Assembly: GCA_022799755.1 (NCBI GenBank)
Contig: JAAWOU010000005.1
Span: 6,878 to 70,877, forward strand
Direction of reading: 5' to 3'
Length of the DNA: 64,000 nt
Source: Lachnospiraceae bacterium
Lineage (GTDB): Bacteria > Bacillota > Clostridia > Lachnospirales > Lachnospiraceae
Shown here piece by piece: positions 46,159-56,955 of this stretch. The notes beneath the pieces were generated by a model. The model was not told the DNA's origin. It did no database searches and saw only the letters and a list, made by a program, of their open reading frames with translations. The position numbers were made by a program, and so were the translations under genes. Position 1 is the first letter of the stretch, and each line of letters begins with the position of its first letter.

Positions 46159-47478
46159 CTATAAACGCCACCAGCATAATCCGGACTCTTTGAGAATATC
46201 TATATCATAAACACCTTTTACATCAATCAAAACTTTTTTCTCATCTTTCGACGCTTCAAATAATTCTTTAATCTCATCAATTTGCATGTTTCTAAATTCA
46301 TCATGCGCAACAGCTATGATTACACAATTTGCATCCCGCACCTCTTTTAATTGCATCAACTTTATACCATATTCCCTGTATACCTCATTTTCCTTTGCCC
46401 ATGGGTCTACAATCTTTGGCTGTATACCAAATTCATTCAGACCTTTTATGATATCTGCTACTTTACTGTTGCGTATATCAGGACAATTCTCTTTGAAAGT
46501 TAGTCCCAGTATTATAACATTAGATTTTTTTGGTGTCTGCCCCACACCAATCATCTTCTTAACAGCTACACTCGCCACATAGCCCCCCATGCTGTCATTG
46601 ACAATTCGACCATTCAATATAATCTGGCTGTGATACCCCAATTTCTCTGCCTCATAGGTAAAATAATAGGGGTCTACGCCAATACAATGTCCGCCAACAA
46701 GTCCCGGGCGAAACCCAAGTGCATTCCATTTTGTATTCATTCCGTCCACTACTTCATTCGTGTCAATTCCCATGCGGTCAAACACCATTGCCAATTCATT
46801 CATGAAAGCTATGTTGATATCCCTCTGACTGTTCTCCACCACCTTGATGGCTTCCGCAGTCTTTATACTGGACACCGGATAAGTTCCAACCTCTATCACC
46901 AGGTCATAAACATTTTTTATCTCGCACAGGACTTCCTCGTCCATTCCGGATACAATTTTAGTAATATTCTCCAATCTATGTATTTTGTCTCCCGGATTAA
47001 TTCGTTCCGGAGAATAGCCTACCTTAAAATCTACCCCACATTTCAGGCCAGATTCCTTCTCCAAAATCGGAATACACACATTCTCCGTTACCCCCGGATA
47101 AACTGTAGATTCATATACCACAACAGAGCCTCTTTCCAAGTTTCTTCCCAGAACCCTGCTTGCGCTCTCTACTGGTGATAGATCAGGAGTGTGATCTGAA
47201 TTTACCGGAGTTGGGACTGCAATAATATGAAATTTTGCCTCCTGCAGTTTTGTTTCATCGTTGGTAAACTCCACACCTGAATGTTTTATCACCTCACCTC
47301 CTACTTCATCTGTTGGGTCTATCCCCGCTTTATAAAGGCTGATTTTTTCCTCGTTGAGATCATAGCCAATCACTTTTACCTTTTTTGCAAACGCAACTGC
47401 AATTGGCATTCCTACGTACCCAAGCCCAATTAATGATATCTTTTCTTTTTTTTCAACAATTGCCTGATATAGTGACAT
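46159..47478 (-). CDS. UDP-N-acetylhexosamine 6-dehydrogenase (WbpA/TviB/WecC-like)
   Basis: GLGYVG, YESTVYPG, YSPERINPG, GLVGGHCIGVDP, GLTFKENCPD. Confidence 0.92.
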   Translation of the reverse strand: MSLYQAIVEKKEKISLIGLGYVGMPIAVAFAKKVKVIGYDLNEEKISLYKAGIDPTDEVGGEVIKHSGVEFTNDETKLQEAKFHIIAVPTPVNSDHTPDLSPVESASRVLGRNLERGSVVVYESTVYPGVTENVCIPILEKESGLKCGVDFKVGYSPERINPGDKIHRLENITKIVSGMDEEVLCEIKNVYDLVIEVGTYPVSSIKTAEAIKVVENSQRDINIAFMNELAMVFDRMGIDTNEVVDGMNTKWNALGFRPGLVGGHCIGVDPYYFTYEAEKLGYHSQIILNGRIVNDSMGGYVASVAVKKMIGVGQTPKKSNVIILGLTFKENCPDIRNSKVADIIKGLNEFGIQPKIVDPWAKENEVYREYGIKLMQLKEVRDANCVIIAVAHDEFRNMQIDEIKELFEASKDEKKVLIDVKGVYDIDILKESGLCWWRL

Positions 47479-47493
47479 CTAAAAATATCCTCC

Positions 47494-48663
47494 TCAGTAA
47501 ATCTCACAGTTTTTCAATGAACATCTATATGTCCGTTCAAATCTAATCACTGCATCTTCATTTTCCTGTTTCATTTTTTCATCAAGCCACCCTCCATTAA
47601 ACCAATGAACAGAAAAGGTGTTTTCTGTACAATTGACCGTTCCAGACATATAATCATAGGGATGAAAATAATCCGAAGCATAGATATTCATACCACTGAC
47701 ATTCTGTGTTGTTCCATTTAAAATATAGCCTTCTTTGATTGCAGCCCTTGTATCATAAAATCCACATGTAGTATTATTTCTCTTTCCGTTCCTGTCTATA
47801 AATTGGACCTGTTCTCTCGCATCCAGAATTCTTTTTAATATGGAACATCCCTTAATCGCCCCGCTACATCCCCCAAAATTAAGTATCTGCCATTTTTCTA
47901 CGCCGCAAAACGCCTCCTGATATAGCAGTGGATCCAGGCTCTTTCGAACTTCCACATCTGTGTCCATATAAATTCCGCCATTGTGATATAGAATATCAAG
48001 CCTCGCGTAATCTGGTACAAATCCATATGCACCTAATTCATATGCATCTTTCATATACATTACTTTTTTATAGTCATAATTAGTTTCATCCCATCTGACA
48101 ATTTCATAATCAGGGCAATATCTCTTCCAGCTGTCTATACATTTCTGTAACTTGTCCGAAATTTTCTGTTTTCCAAGCCACATATAGTGAATTTTCTTAG
48201 GAATCAATGGTTTTTCATTCATAATAGCCTTTCCGCCAGACTTTTGAATACAAAAATTATGTATGCACATCATAGGCATAATATAGCAGTCCATTTTGTC
48301 TGTGCATTCCATTCTCTCCAGCTGATTGACTGCATCGGAAAAACGGCTGATATTCAGCATTATCACAGTATCATTTCCACACTTTTTCAAATAGTCAGGA
48401 GAATATACAAATAGCTCTTTTTCATATACTGAGATTACTGTCCCCCACTTTTCCCTATCATTATCTATGTAACATTCTATATTAGAGAGTAAATTATGTA
48501 TCTTCATTATTTCAGGTGCTGTCACCTGCCCGATCACTCCAGCTCCAAACATAATAATTTTATTTTGATTCTTTCGAATATACCTAGCAAATTCTGTAAA
48601 AAGACAACATCGAAGCCTCATATCATATTCTTTCCTTTCGTCCAAAGTACAAACTACCTGCAA
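47494..48663 (-). CDS. GT32-like (DXD) glycosyltransferase with an N-terminal Rossmann-like module
   Basis: IPKKIHYMWLG, CIDSWKRYCPDYEI, DYARL..GGIYMDTD; N-terminal IMFGAGVIG. Confidence 0.85.
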   Translation of the reverse strand: MQVVCTLDERKEYDMRLRCCLFTEFARYIRKNQNKIIMFGAGVIGQVTAPEIMKIHNLLSNIECYIDNDREKWGTVISVYEKELFVYSPDYLKKCGNDTVIMLNISRFSDAVNQLERMECTDKMDCYIMPMMCIHNFCIQKSGGKAIMNEKPLIPKKIHYMWLGKQKISDKLQKCIDSWKRYCPDYEIVRWDETNYDYKKVMYMKDAYELGAYGFVPDYARLDILYHNGGIYMDTDVEVRKSLDPLLYQEAFCGVEKWQILNFGGCSGAIKGCSILKRILDAREQVQFIDRNGKRNNTTCGFYDTRAAIKEGYILNGTTQNVSGMNIYASDYFHPYDYMSGTVNCTENTFSVHWFNGGWLDEKMKQENEDAVIRFERTYRCSLKNCEIY

Positions 48664-48821
48664 CTTTCCTATTTCTTATCTGTCCTAGGGTGGCTTGATA
48701 GTGGAAGTTACTTATAAATCTTCTCCAATTTAAAAAGGCTTTCTTCACAAGAATCTCCATCTTTTCCCAACATAAATATACTTTTTGTCCATTTCCATAA
48801 TCCGGTTTTATCTAACATTCA

Positions 48822-49949
48822 TTATTTCAAATAGCCTATAACCTGCCTAAGTAATACATCCCACGTAAACTTCTCTTCCGCCAACTTTCTCATATCATGT
48901 ACAAGATCAACTCTACCGACAGTCCGTTCATAAAGCGCTATTACAACATCCATATCCAAGGGAACACTATCATTACTTATCCTTATTACAAATGGTTCAT
49001 CACCTGTAAATCCAATATCTGAATATCCATATATGAATGGAATGCCACGTACACAATACTCTCTTGTTTTAATAGGTGCAGAATAAACAGTATTACATTT
49101 ATGCAATCCTAATGGTGCTACCCCAATATCAGCCCTGTTATAGTAATTATCCAAGGAACCTCCCGATTGAATTCCCAAAAAACTTACATATTTTTGGAGA
49201 GAATATTTTTTCACCAAATACTCATAATATCTCCTTTCAGAACCTTCTCCAATCATGTCAAAATAAATTTCATACTCGTGTTTATTTTGATAGTAATTCC
49301 TCATACCCTCAAGAACTCTTTCGTATCCATGGTGAAAATAAAAATTTGCTACAGCAAGCATTATTATTTTATTGCTTTTTTTCTTAATACTTCGGACTGG
49401 ATTATCTTCAACTCTTACTCCATTTTGGAGGACATGCGCATTTATTCCATATATATTTGGAACAAGAGAATACACAGTGACTAACGAAATATATTTTTTT
49501 ATTTCGTCCCTGTAAAACCTGTCTTCTCTCAGTACTGCTTCGTCCTGTATCTCGCCCTCATAAGGGTAAGTCGGATATTCCAAGACTGCTTTAACCCCCT
49601 TTTCATGCATCTTCTTTAAAAAATCAATATAAATTCTGCTAGCCGGAATAAGACATCTTATATATACCCATTTGCATTGATATATTGACATCCAGTTCAA
49701 AAATACCGCAAAGCATTCTACCCGTGACAGTGCTAACTTTTTTTCGATAACGATCTCCATATCACATAAATATGCTATTCCATTTGCATAATATGCAATC
49801 AAGACTCTTGGAAAATGTTTTGCAAATACACTGGCCTGTGACAAAATTTTAGTTTTGACACCTATATATCCACTAATGTTTATATTTTCATTTACTAAAT
49901 AGAAAAATGAATCAGAAGAGTTCATTGATATAATATATCCTTTCTTCAT
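48822..49949 (-). CDS. GT4-like glycosyltransferase
   Basis: EYPTYPY, HGYERV, GEGSE, PIKTREYCVRGIP. Confidence 0.8.
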   Translation of the reverse strand: MKKGYIISMNSSDSFFYLVNENINISGYIGVKTKILSQASVFAKHFPRVLIAYYANGIAYLCDMEIVIEKKLALSRVECFAVFLNWMSIYQCKWVYIRCLIPASRIYIDFLKKMHEKGVKAVLEYPTYPYEGEIQDEAVLREDRFYRDEIKKYISLVTVYSLVPNIYGINAHVLQNGVRVEDNPVRSIKKKSNKIIMLAVANFYFHHGYERVLEGMRNYYQNKHEYEIYFDMIGEGSERRYYEYLVKKYSLQKYVSFLGIQSGGSLDNYYNRADIGVAPLGLHKCNTVYSAPIKTREYCVRGIPFIYGYSDIGFTGDEPFVIRISNDSVPLDMDVVIALYERTVGRVDLVHDMRKLAEEKFTWDVLLRQVIGYLK

Positions 49950-50319
49950 CTACATTGTCTGATAAATCTTGATATATCTTCTGGGCTGACTCTATCGGTG
50001 TAATAACCACCGGAGACCTGCCATCATCTTCTTTGACGAATTCCTCCAATGAATATATTTTTCCACCATCTATTGGTATCGTCAGTCCACCCGATCTGTC
50101 TATAATACCGACAATTTTTACAAATCGAGAAAATGCTTTGTATGCTTGTATTCCAATATATCCGCCTCCATAAATATATAAGGATTCCCATATTCGGTTA
50201 GCAATTATTGACCTTATCACTGTCTGATCAAGCAACATTCCCATAAGTTCAAATTTTAAACGATACAGCTCCTCTTTCCTGATATGCTCTTCATATATTT
50301 TTCGTTCATTTTCTTTCAT
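49912..50319 (-). CDS. Small Rossmann-like hypothetical protein
   Basis: YIYGGGYIG..IIDR..VVITP; similar to 54627-55091. Confidence 0.65.
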   Translation of the reverse strand: MKENERKIYEEHIRKEELYRLKFELMGMLLDQTVIRSIIANRIWESLYIYGGGYIGIQAYKAFSRFVKIVGIIDRSGGLTIPIDGGKIYSLEEFVKEDDGRSPVVITPIESAQKIYQDLSDNVDEERIYYINELF

Positions 50320-50332
50320 TTTTCACCTCACA

Positions 50333-52039
50333 TCAGCGTAATATAAAACCAGCCCATGCTAACACCGTAAGAGCCTGTGTCTTTTCTAAAGATTTACCTG
50401 TTAGAAACACACATTCTATGTCATCTGCCAGCTTAGCCGAACAATAATCCCTGACTAACGATATCCTGTCATTAAAATAACGGTATGCCCACTCTCTTGT
50501 TCCCACATTATGATCATACCAATAATCTGTCGGATTCATATGAAGTGGACTCTGCTTCAGAGTATTCACCCTGTGTTCATTTGCTTCTCTATATTTATTT
50601 ATCCACGAATCAGCTTTATCGATATTTTTTACTTTAGGCTTGAGTCCTTTCCACTTCTCCCAGCCATATTCAGCTGCGTCGGGATACTTTGTCTCTATCC
50701 ATTTCAAATAAATATAGTGTCCACATCTTAGCTTAAGAGGAATGTTTAAGGCATTATCCAAGAAGTCAACATCCAAAAACGGAGATGAAGTCTCAAAAAA
50801 TGTTTGAATTGTGAAATAACTGCTTTGGGCACACATAAACCCTCTATTGTATACAGCATATATTTCTTGGTTCCTATATTTTCTAATATTTACTATTTCT
50901 TCAGTTGGTTCCAATATATCACTATATTTGAAACTCTCTAATTTTACACATCCATAGCCTTCTTCTGGACATTTAAAAAAAGAGCCTACAATGGAATCTC
51001 CTACCATCCCAGTATGTACTATACCAAACATATTTTTATCAATGCATTGGTAAAGCCTTTTCCCTCCTGTCATTCCGGAATAAAGAGAGGCTCCATTATT
51101 TTTTCTTGCCATTTCATCTGCATCACGAAACCATGCAAAATCATCAAGCGGCATAAATAAAAACGAATGCTTTTTATCCGCCGCCAGTTTGACGGCAATT
51201 TCATAGTCAAGATAGTCATATTTGCAGACAGTAACATTCATCTGTTGCTCATATCCCATTACATGACCTACCCATGTAACCATTCTGCTATCGAGCCCGC
51301 CACTTAAATCTACCAAATGTTTATATCCATATTCTTTATCTTTCTTAAATTCTCTATTTACAGCTTCTCTAAAATATAGATCCAGCAATTCAATCGCTTC
51401 TTCTTCACACATATCCATACGAACACTACGATTATCTGGCATATAGTACTGGTTAAACTCTATTCTTCCATAATTATCAATCACTATTTTCTGGCCTGGA
51501 AGCACTCTCCTAATTTCCTTTACAAATGTAGAATTATCAATCATATAGCCAAATCTTAACATCATGCCTGCAGCATGCTCATCTAAGTGAATGACTTTGT
51601 TTAATGCCTTGATCAGTTCGACTACATAATATACACGCGTAGAGCATATCACTAGCTCTCCATCAACATAATAATATACTGCATGATTTCCCACATGGTC
51701 ATTAAATAGGACCATGCTTCCTGTACATGATATAAAACCTGAAAAGCCTCCCCTTAGTCTATCCGGAAAACCTAGCCTCTGGCTTTCTTTTATAAAAGTG
51801 TCAGTCCAATCATCTGTAGTATCTTTCTCAATCAATTCATCCTTATTATAAACAAAACCATCCATCCAGTAATAAGCATTGTCTCTTATCTCTGCTATTT
51901 CATCATCAGGATACTTGTGCAGACAATTATCATGAATATATAGACCATCACAAACTTTTTTCAATTTCGGGCATATCACATTCCATTCTATAGTTTTGTT
52001 ATATCTAACTGCTATCCATCCCTTGTCTACATCAAACAT
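50333..52039 (-). CDS. Asparagine-synthase-like amide ligase (glycan modification)
   Basis: DLSGGLDSR PP-loop, TGMVGD, SPFLD; degenerate Ntn domain without an N-terminal Cys. Confidence 0.8.
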   Translation of the reverse strand: MFDVDKGWIAVRYNKTIEWNVICPKLKKVCDGLYIHDNCLHKYPDDEIAEIRDNAYYWMDGFVYNKDELIEKDTTDDWTDTFIKESQRLGFPDRLRGGFSGFISCTGSMVLFNDHVGNHAVYYYVDGELVICSTRVYYVVELIKALNKVIHLDEHAAGMMLRFGYMIDNSTFVKEIRRVLPGQKIVIDNYGRIEFNQYYMPDNRSVRMDMCEEEAIELLDLYFREAVNREFKKDKEYGYKHLVDLSGGLDSRMVTWVGHVMGYEQQMNVTVCKYDYLDYEIAVKLAADKKHSFLFMPLDDFAWFRDADEMARKNNGASLYSGMTGGKRLYQCIDKNMFGIVHTGMVGDSIVGSFFKCPEEGYGCVKLESFKYSDILEPTEEIVNIRKYRNQEIYAVYNRGFMCAQSSYFTIQTFFETSSPFLDVDFLDNALNIPLKLRCGHYIYLKWIETKYPDAAEYGWEKWKGLKPKVKNIDKADSWINKYREANEHRVNTLKQSPLHMNPTDYWYDHNVGTREWAYRYFNDRISLVRDYCSAKLADDIECVFLTGKSLEKTQALTVLAWAGFILR

Positions 52040-52054
52040 ACTAATTTCTCCTAA

Positions 52055-53563
52055 CTAAATCTCTCTTTCATTCATGTTGCTATGCATGTTCCAAAGATTG
52101 ATCCATCTCTCTCCGGTTTCATCCCATGACGATAATTCATGTATTTTTTTTCTGTTTTTTTTACATTTACTGCGATAAGTATCAAAGTTCTCCACTATGT
52201 TGTCTAAAATATCTGCCAATTCTCCCATATAATCTACTGACCAAAACTCTATGCCTTTATTACGTAACATCCCATATGGAAGCCAATTGCCTACTACCAC
52301 TACGCTTCCTGCATACATTTCCTCTAACATGGTAGAGCTTAGCTGATCTGTAGTCTGTACATGCACCATTATATCTGATATACACGCATATTTTGCCATT
52401 TTCGTTGTATCCATAAATCCTGTCAAAATTCGATAATCAAAACCAGCTTTGTCCAATTCAGCTTGAACTTTCCTAATATAGTCGTTTTGGCCTTCTGGAT
52501 ACGTCATAGGAAAAACAAGAATTACGCTATCCCTGTTTACCGGTTTCATCTTTGTTAATTCGCTTACCATCCTCAAATGTTGATGACTATCGTTTGCATT
52601 GTGTCCGCATGTGACAATCAACTTGGTACCTGAAATACCAAATTCCTGACGCAGTTCCCCTAAATTATTCCCCAAGTTCTCATCAATATAATCTAATGCT
52701 TCAATACCAAAATTTACCCATCTTATCTTATCTCTACTCTGACCATATCTTGATATAAAATCTGAAATAGTCTGATCTGTCTCTGCGCTTATAACATCTG
52801 CCATCTTAATCAACTGTTCCTTATATCCAAGTTCAACTACTCTTGCTCGATAAAAATCGCTTCCTCCTACGCATAAGTTTAATTTCTTACATTTTCTGCG
52901 GATTATGTTTCTGAAAAATACCCAAATATTTTCTATCCATAACATTTGAAATGCATTATACACAGGAAGCATATCTAAAATGCCATATAGTTCTCCATAT
53001 GAATGATACACATAGATATGTGAAGCGTATCCCTCAATCTCCGATTTATACTTTTCCGAATTACAGAGAAGACTAAATTCTATGATAGGATATCTTTTCT
53101 TCAAGTTCCTTATAAGCTGTACTGCATACACAGAATAAAAAGCACATAATATCATTACTTTGTGCGAGCCTATTTTCTCAGTATTATTTAGCAAATCAGC
53201 TTCCTTAAGACAAATATTCTGCTGTTTTAGAAAAGATATATCAAACGGTACAATCTCCTCTTTCTGATCATATATTTGATGTTGACCACGAAAAATATTT
53301 TCTTTTTTAATTCCCATCTTCATAAGCTTCTGAGCTATTTCCATAAAATAGGAATCCGTTGTGGTAACTATAACCTTTCCCTGATAAGAATAAAAATGCT
53401 GAGGCTGACATATTGGAATGCCATGATACTCTGTTCCCCATATCTTCTCATTTGCATCCACCCAGAAAGAGATATCATAAAGCTTATTAATATATGGGTA
53501 AATACTTTTCCCGGCATTACCAAGCCCGTACAAAGCTACCTGTTCCTTTGTTTTACCAATCAT
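52055..53563 (-). CDS. GT-B glycosyltransferase (WecF/GT56-like C-terminus) with an N-terminal Rossmann-like module
   Basis: CGHNANDSHQH, FPMTY, TDQLSSTMLE.MYAG; N-terminal ALYGLGNAG. Confidence 0.65.
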   Translation of the reverse strand: MIGKTKEQVALYGLGNAGKSIYPYINKLYDISFWVDANEKIWGTEYHGIPICQPQHFYSYQGKVIVTTTDSYFMEIAQKLMKMGIKKENIFRGQHQIYDQKEEIVPFDISFLKQQNICLKEADLLNNTEKIGSHKVMILCAFYSVYAVQLIRNLKKRYPIIEFSLLCNSEKYKSEIEGYASHIYVYHSYGELYGILDMLPVYNAFQMLWIENIWVFFRNIIRRKCKKLNLCVGGSDFYRARVVELGYKEQLIKMADVISAETDQTISDFISRYGQSRDKIRWVNFGIEALDYIDENLGNNLGELRQEFGISGTKLIVTCGHNANDSHQHLRMVSELTKMKPVNRDSVILVFPMTYPEGQNDYIRKVQAELDKAGFDYRILTGFMDTTKMAKYACISDIMVHVQTTDQLSSTMLEEMYAGSVVVVGNWLPYGMLRNKGIEFWSVDYMGELADILDNIVENFDTYRSKCKKNRKKIHELSSWDETGERWINLWNMHSNMNEREI

Positions 53564-54591
53564 ATTATCAAGTAATCCCTCAATTCATCCACACTATAAT
53601 TCGCTTTATCCCATCCATAGTAAATCGGAACACATGCATGACTTTTCGCAATCCACTCACTGTTTTCAAGCATAATCTCTTTTCTTTCTATGCAATATCC
53701 TAAATCATTTTTTCCAAAGACCTGTCCTGTTTTTTCTGTTAACTCATAATCAAAAACAATATATTTGTAATAACCGGATGTCATCCCTTTCGGAAAAAGA
53801 ACTCGTTTTTCAAATATCTGGTCATATTTTGCTGCCAACTTTCTCTTCCACATAAGGATACGGTCTGCCTGTTCCAACTGCACAATACCCAATGCTGCAG
53901 TCATTTCATTAATTCGATAATTAAACCCAGTTTTCAAGGGATACGTTACCTTCCCATTGATCACTTCTTTCCCATAGTTACGATATTTCTCAAGAAAATC
54001 AAGGAACTCCAAATTGTGACTTACAACCATTCCTGCTTCACCAACTGGTAGTGTTTTTGTCGCATAAAAACTATAACTTCCGGCAAATCCCCAGCTTCCG
54101 GCACATTTGCCGTTCCATTCAGCACCATGTGCATGTGCACAATCCTCTATCAGATAGATTTCTCTTTCATCGCAGAACTGTTTGATTTCTTCTATTTCGA
54201 AAGCAATATGTCCTCCTATGTGAACAACTATGACAGCTTTAGTCTCTGCAGTAACAGCATTCCTCAATGTCTCTAAAGACAAACACAAATCTGCTTTGCT
54301 ACAATCAGCATACACAACTCTTCCTCCAGCTTTTCTGACTGCCTGCGCTGTGGCCCAGAATGTATTAGCCGGAACCACTACTTCTCTGTCTTTTACATTT
54401 ATATAATCAAGTATAGCTAAGAGACCTGCTCCACCATTAGACACCGCACGACTCTCTATGCCACAGAATTCTTTAAACTTATTTTCAAATGTCTTTTGCA
54501 TTGCTCCATCTGACCACATATTTGAGTCAAAAACCTTGTCAAGAAGCCCATAATATCTCTCCCTACACTGACTATCAAAAGGAATTACCAT
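53560..54591 (-). CDS. DegT/DnrJ/EryC1/StrS PLP aminotransferase
   Basis: VPANTFWAT, VHIGG, IEDCAHAHG, SFYATK, GFNYR. Confidence 0.92.
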   Translation of the reverse strand: MVIPFDSQCRERYYGLLDKVFDSNMWSDGAMQKTFENKFKEFCGIESRAVSNGGAGLLAILDYINVKDREVVVPANTFWATAQAVRKAGGRVVYADCSKADLCLSLETLRNAVTAETKAVIVVHIGGHIAFEIEEIKQFCDEREIYLIEDCAHAHGAEWNGKCAGSWGFAGSYSFYATKTLPVGEAGMVVSHNLEFLDFLEKYRNYGKEVINGKVTYPLKTGFNYRINEMTAALGIVQLEQADRILMWKRKLAAKYDQIFEKRVLFPKGMTSGYYKYIVFDYELTEKTGQVFGKNDLGYCIERKEIMLENSEWIAKSHACVPIYYGWDKANYSVDELRDYLII

Positions 54592-54626
54592 AATATGCCT
54601 CCCTAATTTTAAAAATATTGATCTCT

Positions 54627-55091
54627 TTACATATTAAAAATATCTTCTACAGACACAATTGGAATATTAGTTTTATCCCTCACGGAGCAATATATCTGGT
54701 TGTAATAGCAGATAGGTGTAATCACTATACAGTCAGCATACGGTATATTCGAATCTGCACCTATCAAAATTCCCTCAGCATTGCCTCTTACTTGCTTGTC
54801 CATGATTGCAACCACATTAATATTTGCAGTATTCAATGCCTTATACAGTTTTTGGCCTATTAAGCCATTTCCATATATAAGAATATTTTTGTAGTTATTC
54901 TTTTCAAAAAACTTGTCAACATTCCAGCCATCATATAACGCATCCAGCCATTTACTCAAAAGCTCCATATTCCTGCGATTACGCATTGATTCATCTTTTT
55001 GTTTATTGATCATTCCAACCAAACTTTTTCCTCCAAGATAAAAACCTGCTATAAACGAGGCACAGGCAAGAATTGCCTTAGAATTTTGCAT
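54627..55091 (-). CDS. Small Rossmann-like hypothetical protein with an N-terminal hydrophobic segment
   Basis: LLSKWL..ILIYGNGLIG..IMDK..DCIVITP..SVEDI. Confidence 0.7.
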   Translation of the reverse strand: MQNSKAILACASFIAGFYLGGKSLVGMINKQKDESMRNRRNMELLSKWLDALYDGWNVDKFFEKNNYKNILIYGNGLIGQKLYKALNTANINVVAIMDKQVRGNAEGILIGADSNIPYADCIVITPICYYNQIYCSVRDKTNIPIVSVEDIFNM

Positions 55092-55768
55092 CAGCTATCC
55101 ACCTTTCTGCATAGATAAACAATTTTGGGCGTAGTAAAAATATCCTTATTCCCCGTTATTGTTCTTTCACTCCATCTTTTATACACTATTTTTTGCTTTC
55201 TCAAAAAAATATCTATGGCTGGTATTGAATAAAAATGTGTTCCATAATGCCTGAAATCGTCTTTTATTCCTAATAGTCTATAATATGTTTCTTTCATTCG
55301 TTCCATCTGATGTTTAGTACAACATAAACTATACTTGTCCATAATATCGAATACTATATATCCATTTGGTTTAGTCATATGAATCATTTTGGTTAGGGTA
55401 TCTTGAAAATTGTTAATATACCAGCTTACCCTAACGCAATATGTCACATCATACATTTCTTCCTCTGTATAATCCATTATAGTACCTGTATAAATTCCCT
55501 CTTGATTTTTAAGTGTCTCTCTTGCAAGTTTTACTGAGGATACTGCAACATCACATCCATTCACATGTATATTTTTTCTATGAAGAGCTGCTCCTATTGG
55601 CCATCCTGTACCTATACCTACCTCGAAAACTCTTGTGGGATTTGAATGAGCAATAAGCTTTGTCAGAAATCGTTCATATTTTCCAAAGCCATATACTTTT
55701 GTCTGATTTACCCAAAATTTGCTATACTCTGTTTGATAATACTCTAATTCTTTAGAAGATATCGTCAT
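55091..55768 (-). CDS. Class I SAM-dependent methyltransferase
   Basis: VFEVGIGTG, GCD, YDVTY, TKPNG. Confidence 0.85.
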   Translation of the reverse strand: MTISSKELEYYQTEYSKFWVNQTKVYGFGKYERFLTKLIAHSNPTRVFEVGIGTGWPIGAALHRKNIHVNGCDVAVSSVKLARETLKNQEGIYTGTIMDYTEEEMYDVTYCVRVSWYINNFQDTLTKMIHMTKPNGYIVFDIMDKYSLCCTKHQMERMKETYYRLLGIKDDFRHYGTHFYSIPAIDIFLRKQKIVYKRWSERTITGNKDIFTTPKIVYLCRKVDS

Positions 55769-55804
55769 CGCTGCACCTTATTTCATTAGATAATCATCCA
55801 TAGT

Positions 55805-56890
55805 TTATATAAAATTTTTTGTATTCATATGAATCAAATGATAAAAAATTTCATTAAACCCTGTCACTCTGCATACGTCACAGCCCTCCTGGCATTCTGA
55901 ACACAGAAGCTTATTTGTTGCAAATTTACGCATATCTGAATTCCATATGTCTGAAAAAGTCGTCTCATTAATATTTCCAAGACATATCTCATCATGCCGT
56001 CTTTTTTCACACAAATTTACACTGCCATCTGCATGTATGATAGAAGTCAGTGAGTGTGCAATACACGGAAGATCATGATTATTTTTTATAATCCTATCAT
56101 ATATATTAATTAGATACTTTATCCTTTTTCCTTCTGTCCACTCTACTAAATCTCTCTTTAAGTTAATCATATCACTAACCGAAGGAAGAATGTCAGATGC
56201 CTCCTCGACAGGTCTGAAATATATGTAATCAACTCCCATAGAATCAAGCACATCAATCAATCCGCAAAGATTCTCCATATTTCTTTTGGTAATCACATAA
56301 CCAACACCCAGATATGTCTTTTCAGGATTTCTTTTCATTGAAAACTCCTGAAGATTCGCTATGACTCTTTGGAATGAATCCTTGCCTTTTTCTCTGGCAT
56401 ACTCTTCTACGTTACAAGCATCAAGCGATATTCTAATCCATTTGAACTTATAGGCATCATTGCTCACATCAACTGTACCATTCGTTATTAAACCAAGACT
56501 CACATTTTTTCTGTAAGCATAATCTGTTATTTCCGAAAAGTTTTTATGAAGTGTTGGTTCTCCGCCTCCTTCAAGCGTTACTCCTGTATTATGTGCTGCG
56601 AACTCGTCAATTAGCTCCAATACTTTCTGAAAATCCATAGTTGCAGCGCCTTTTCTGATTTCACTGTCTGTACACCAGCTACAGTTAAGATTACATGCGT
56701 TCGTTAGATGCAAATCAACACTAATCGGAAACTGCTCATCATAGTCCTTGCGTCCTTGGTAAACATCAAGAATTGATTTAACTTTGTCATTACTGTGTAG
56801 AAGCTTTAATTTGCTATACTCAAACTCATCCCAAAAGTTTTTCATATTCGATACAAGATTCCTTTCATTGTTATTTCGCTTTCCCAACAA
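55805..56890 (-). CDS. Radical SAM protein with SPASM/twitch domain
   Basis: CNLNCSWC, GGGEPT, ITNG, ISLDA; C-terminal C..IHADGSVNLC..LGNI..C..C. The start is probably MKNFW. Confidence 0.9.
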   Translation of the reverse strand: MLGKRNNNERNLVSNMKNFWDEFEYSKLKLLHSNDKVKSILDVYQGRKDYDEQFPISVDLHLTNACNLNCSWCTDSEIRKGAATMDFQKVLELIDEFAAHNTGVTLEGGGEPTLHKNFSEITDYAYRKNVSLGLITNGTVDVSNDAYKFKWIRISLDACNVEEYAREKGKDSFQRVIANLQEFSMKRNPEKTYLGVGYVITKRNMENLCGLIDVLDSMGVDYIYFRPVEEASDILPSVSDMINLKRDLVEWTEGKRIKYLINIYDRIIKNNHDLPCIAHSLTSIIHADGSVNLCEKRRHDEICLGNINETTFSDIWNSDMRKFATNKLLCSECQEGCDVCRVTGFNEIFYHLIHMNTKNFI

Positions 56891-56955
56891 TTTCTAGCTT
56901 ATCAATCTATTAGCATCAAGTTTTTGTCTCTCTGTAGATAGCTTTTACAAAAATT

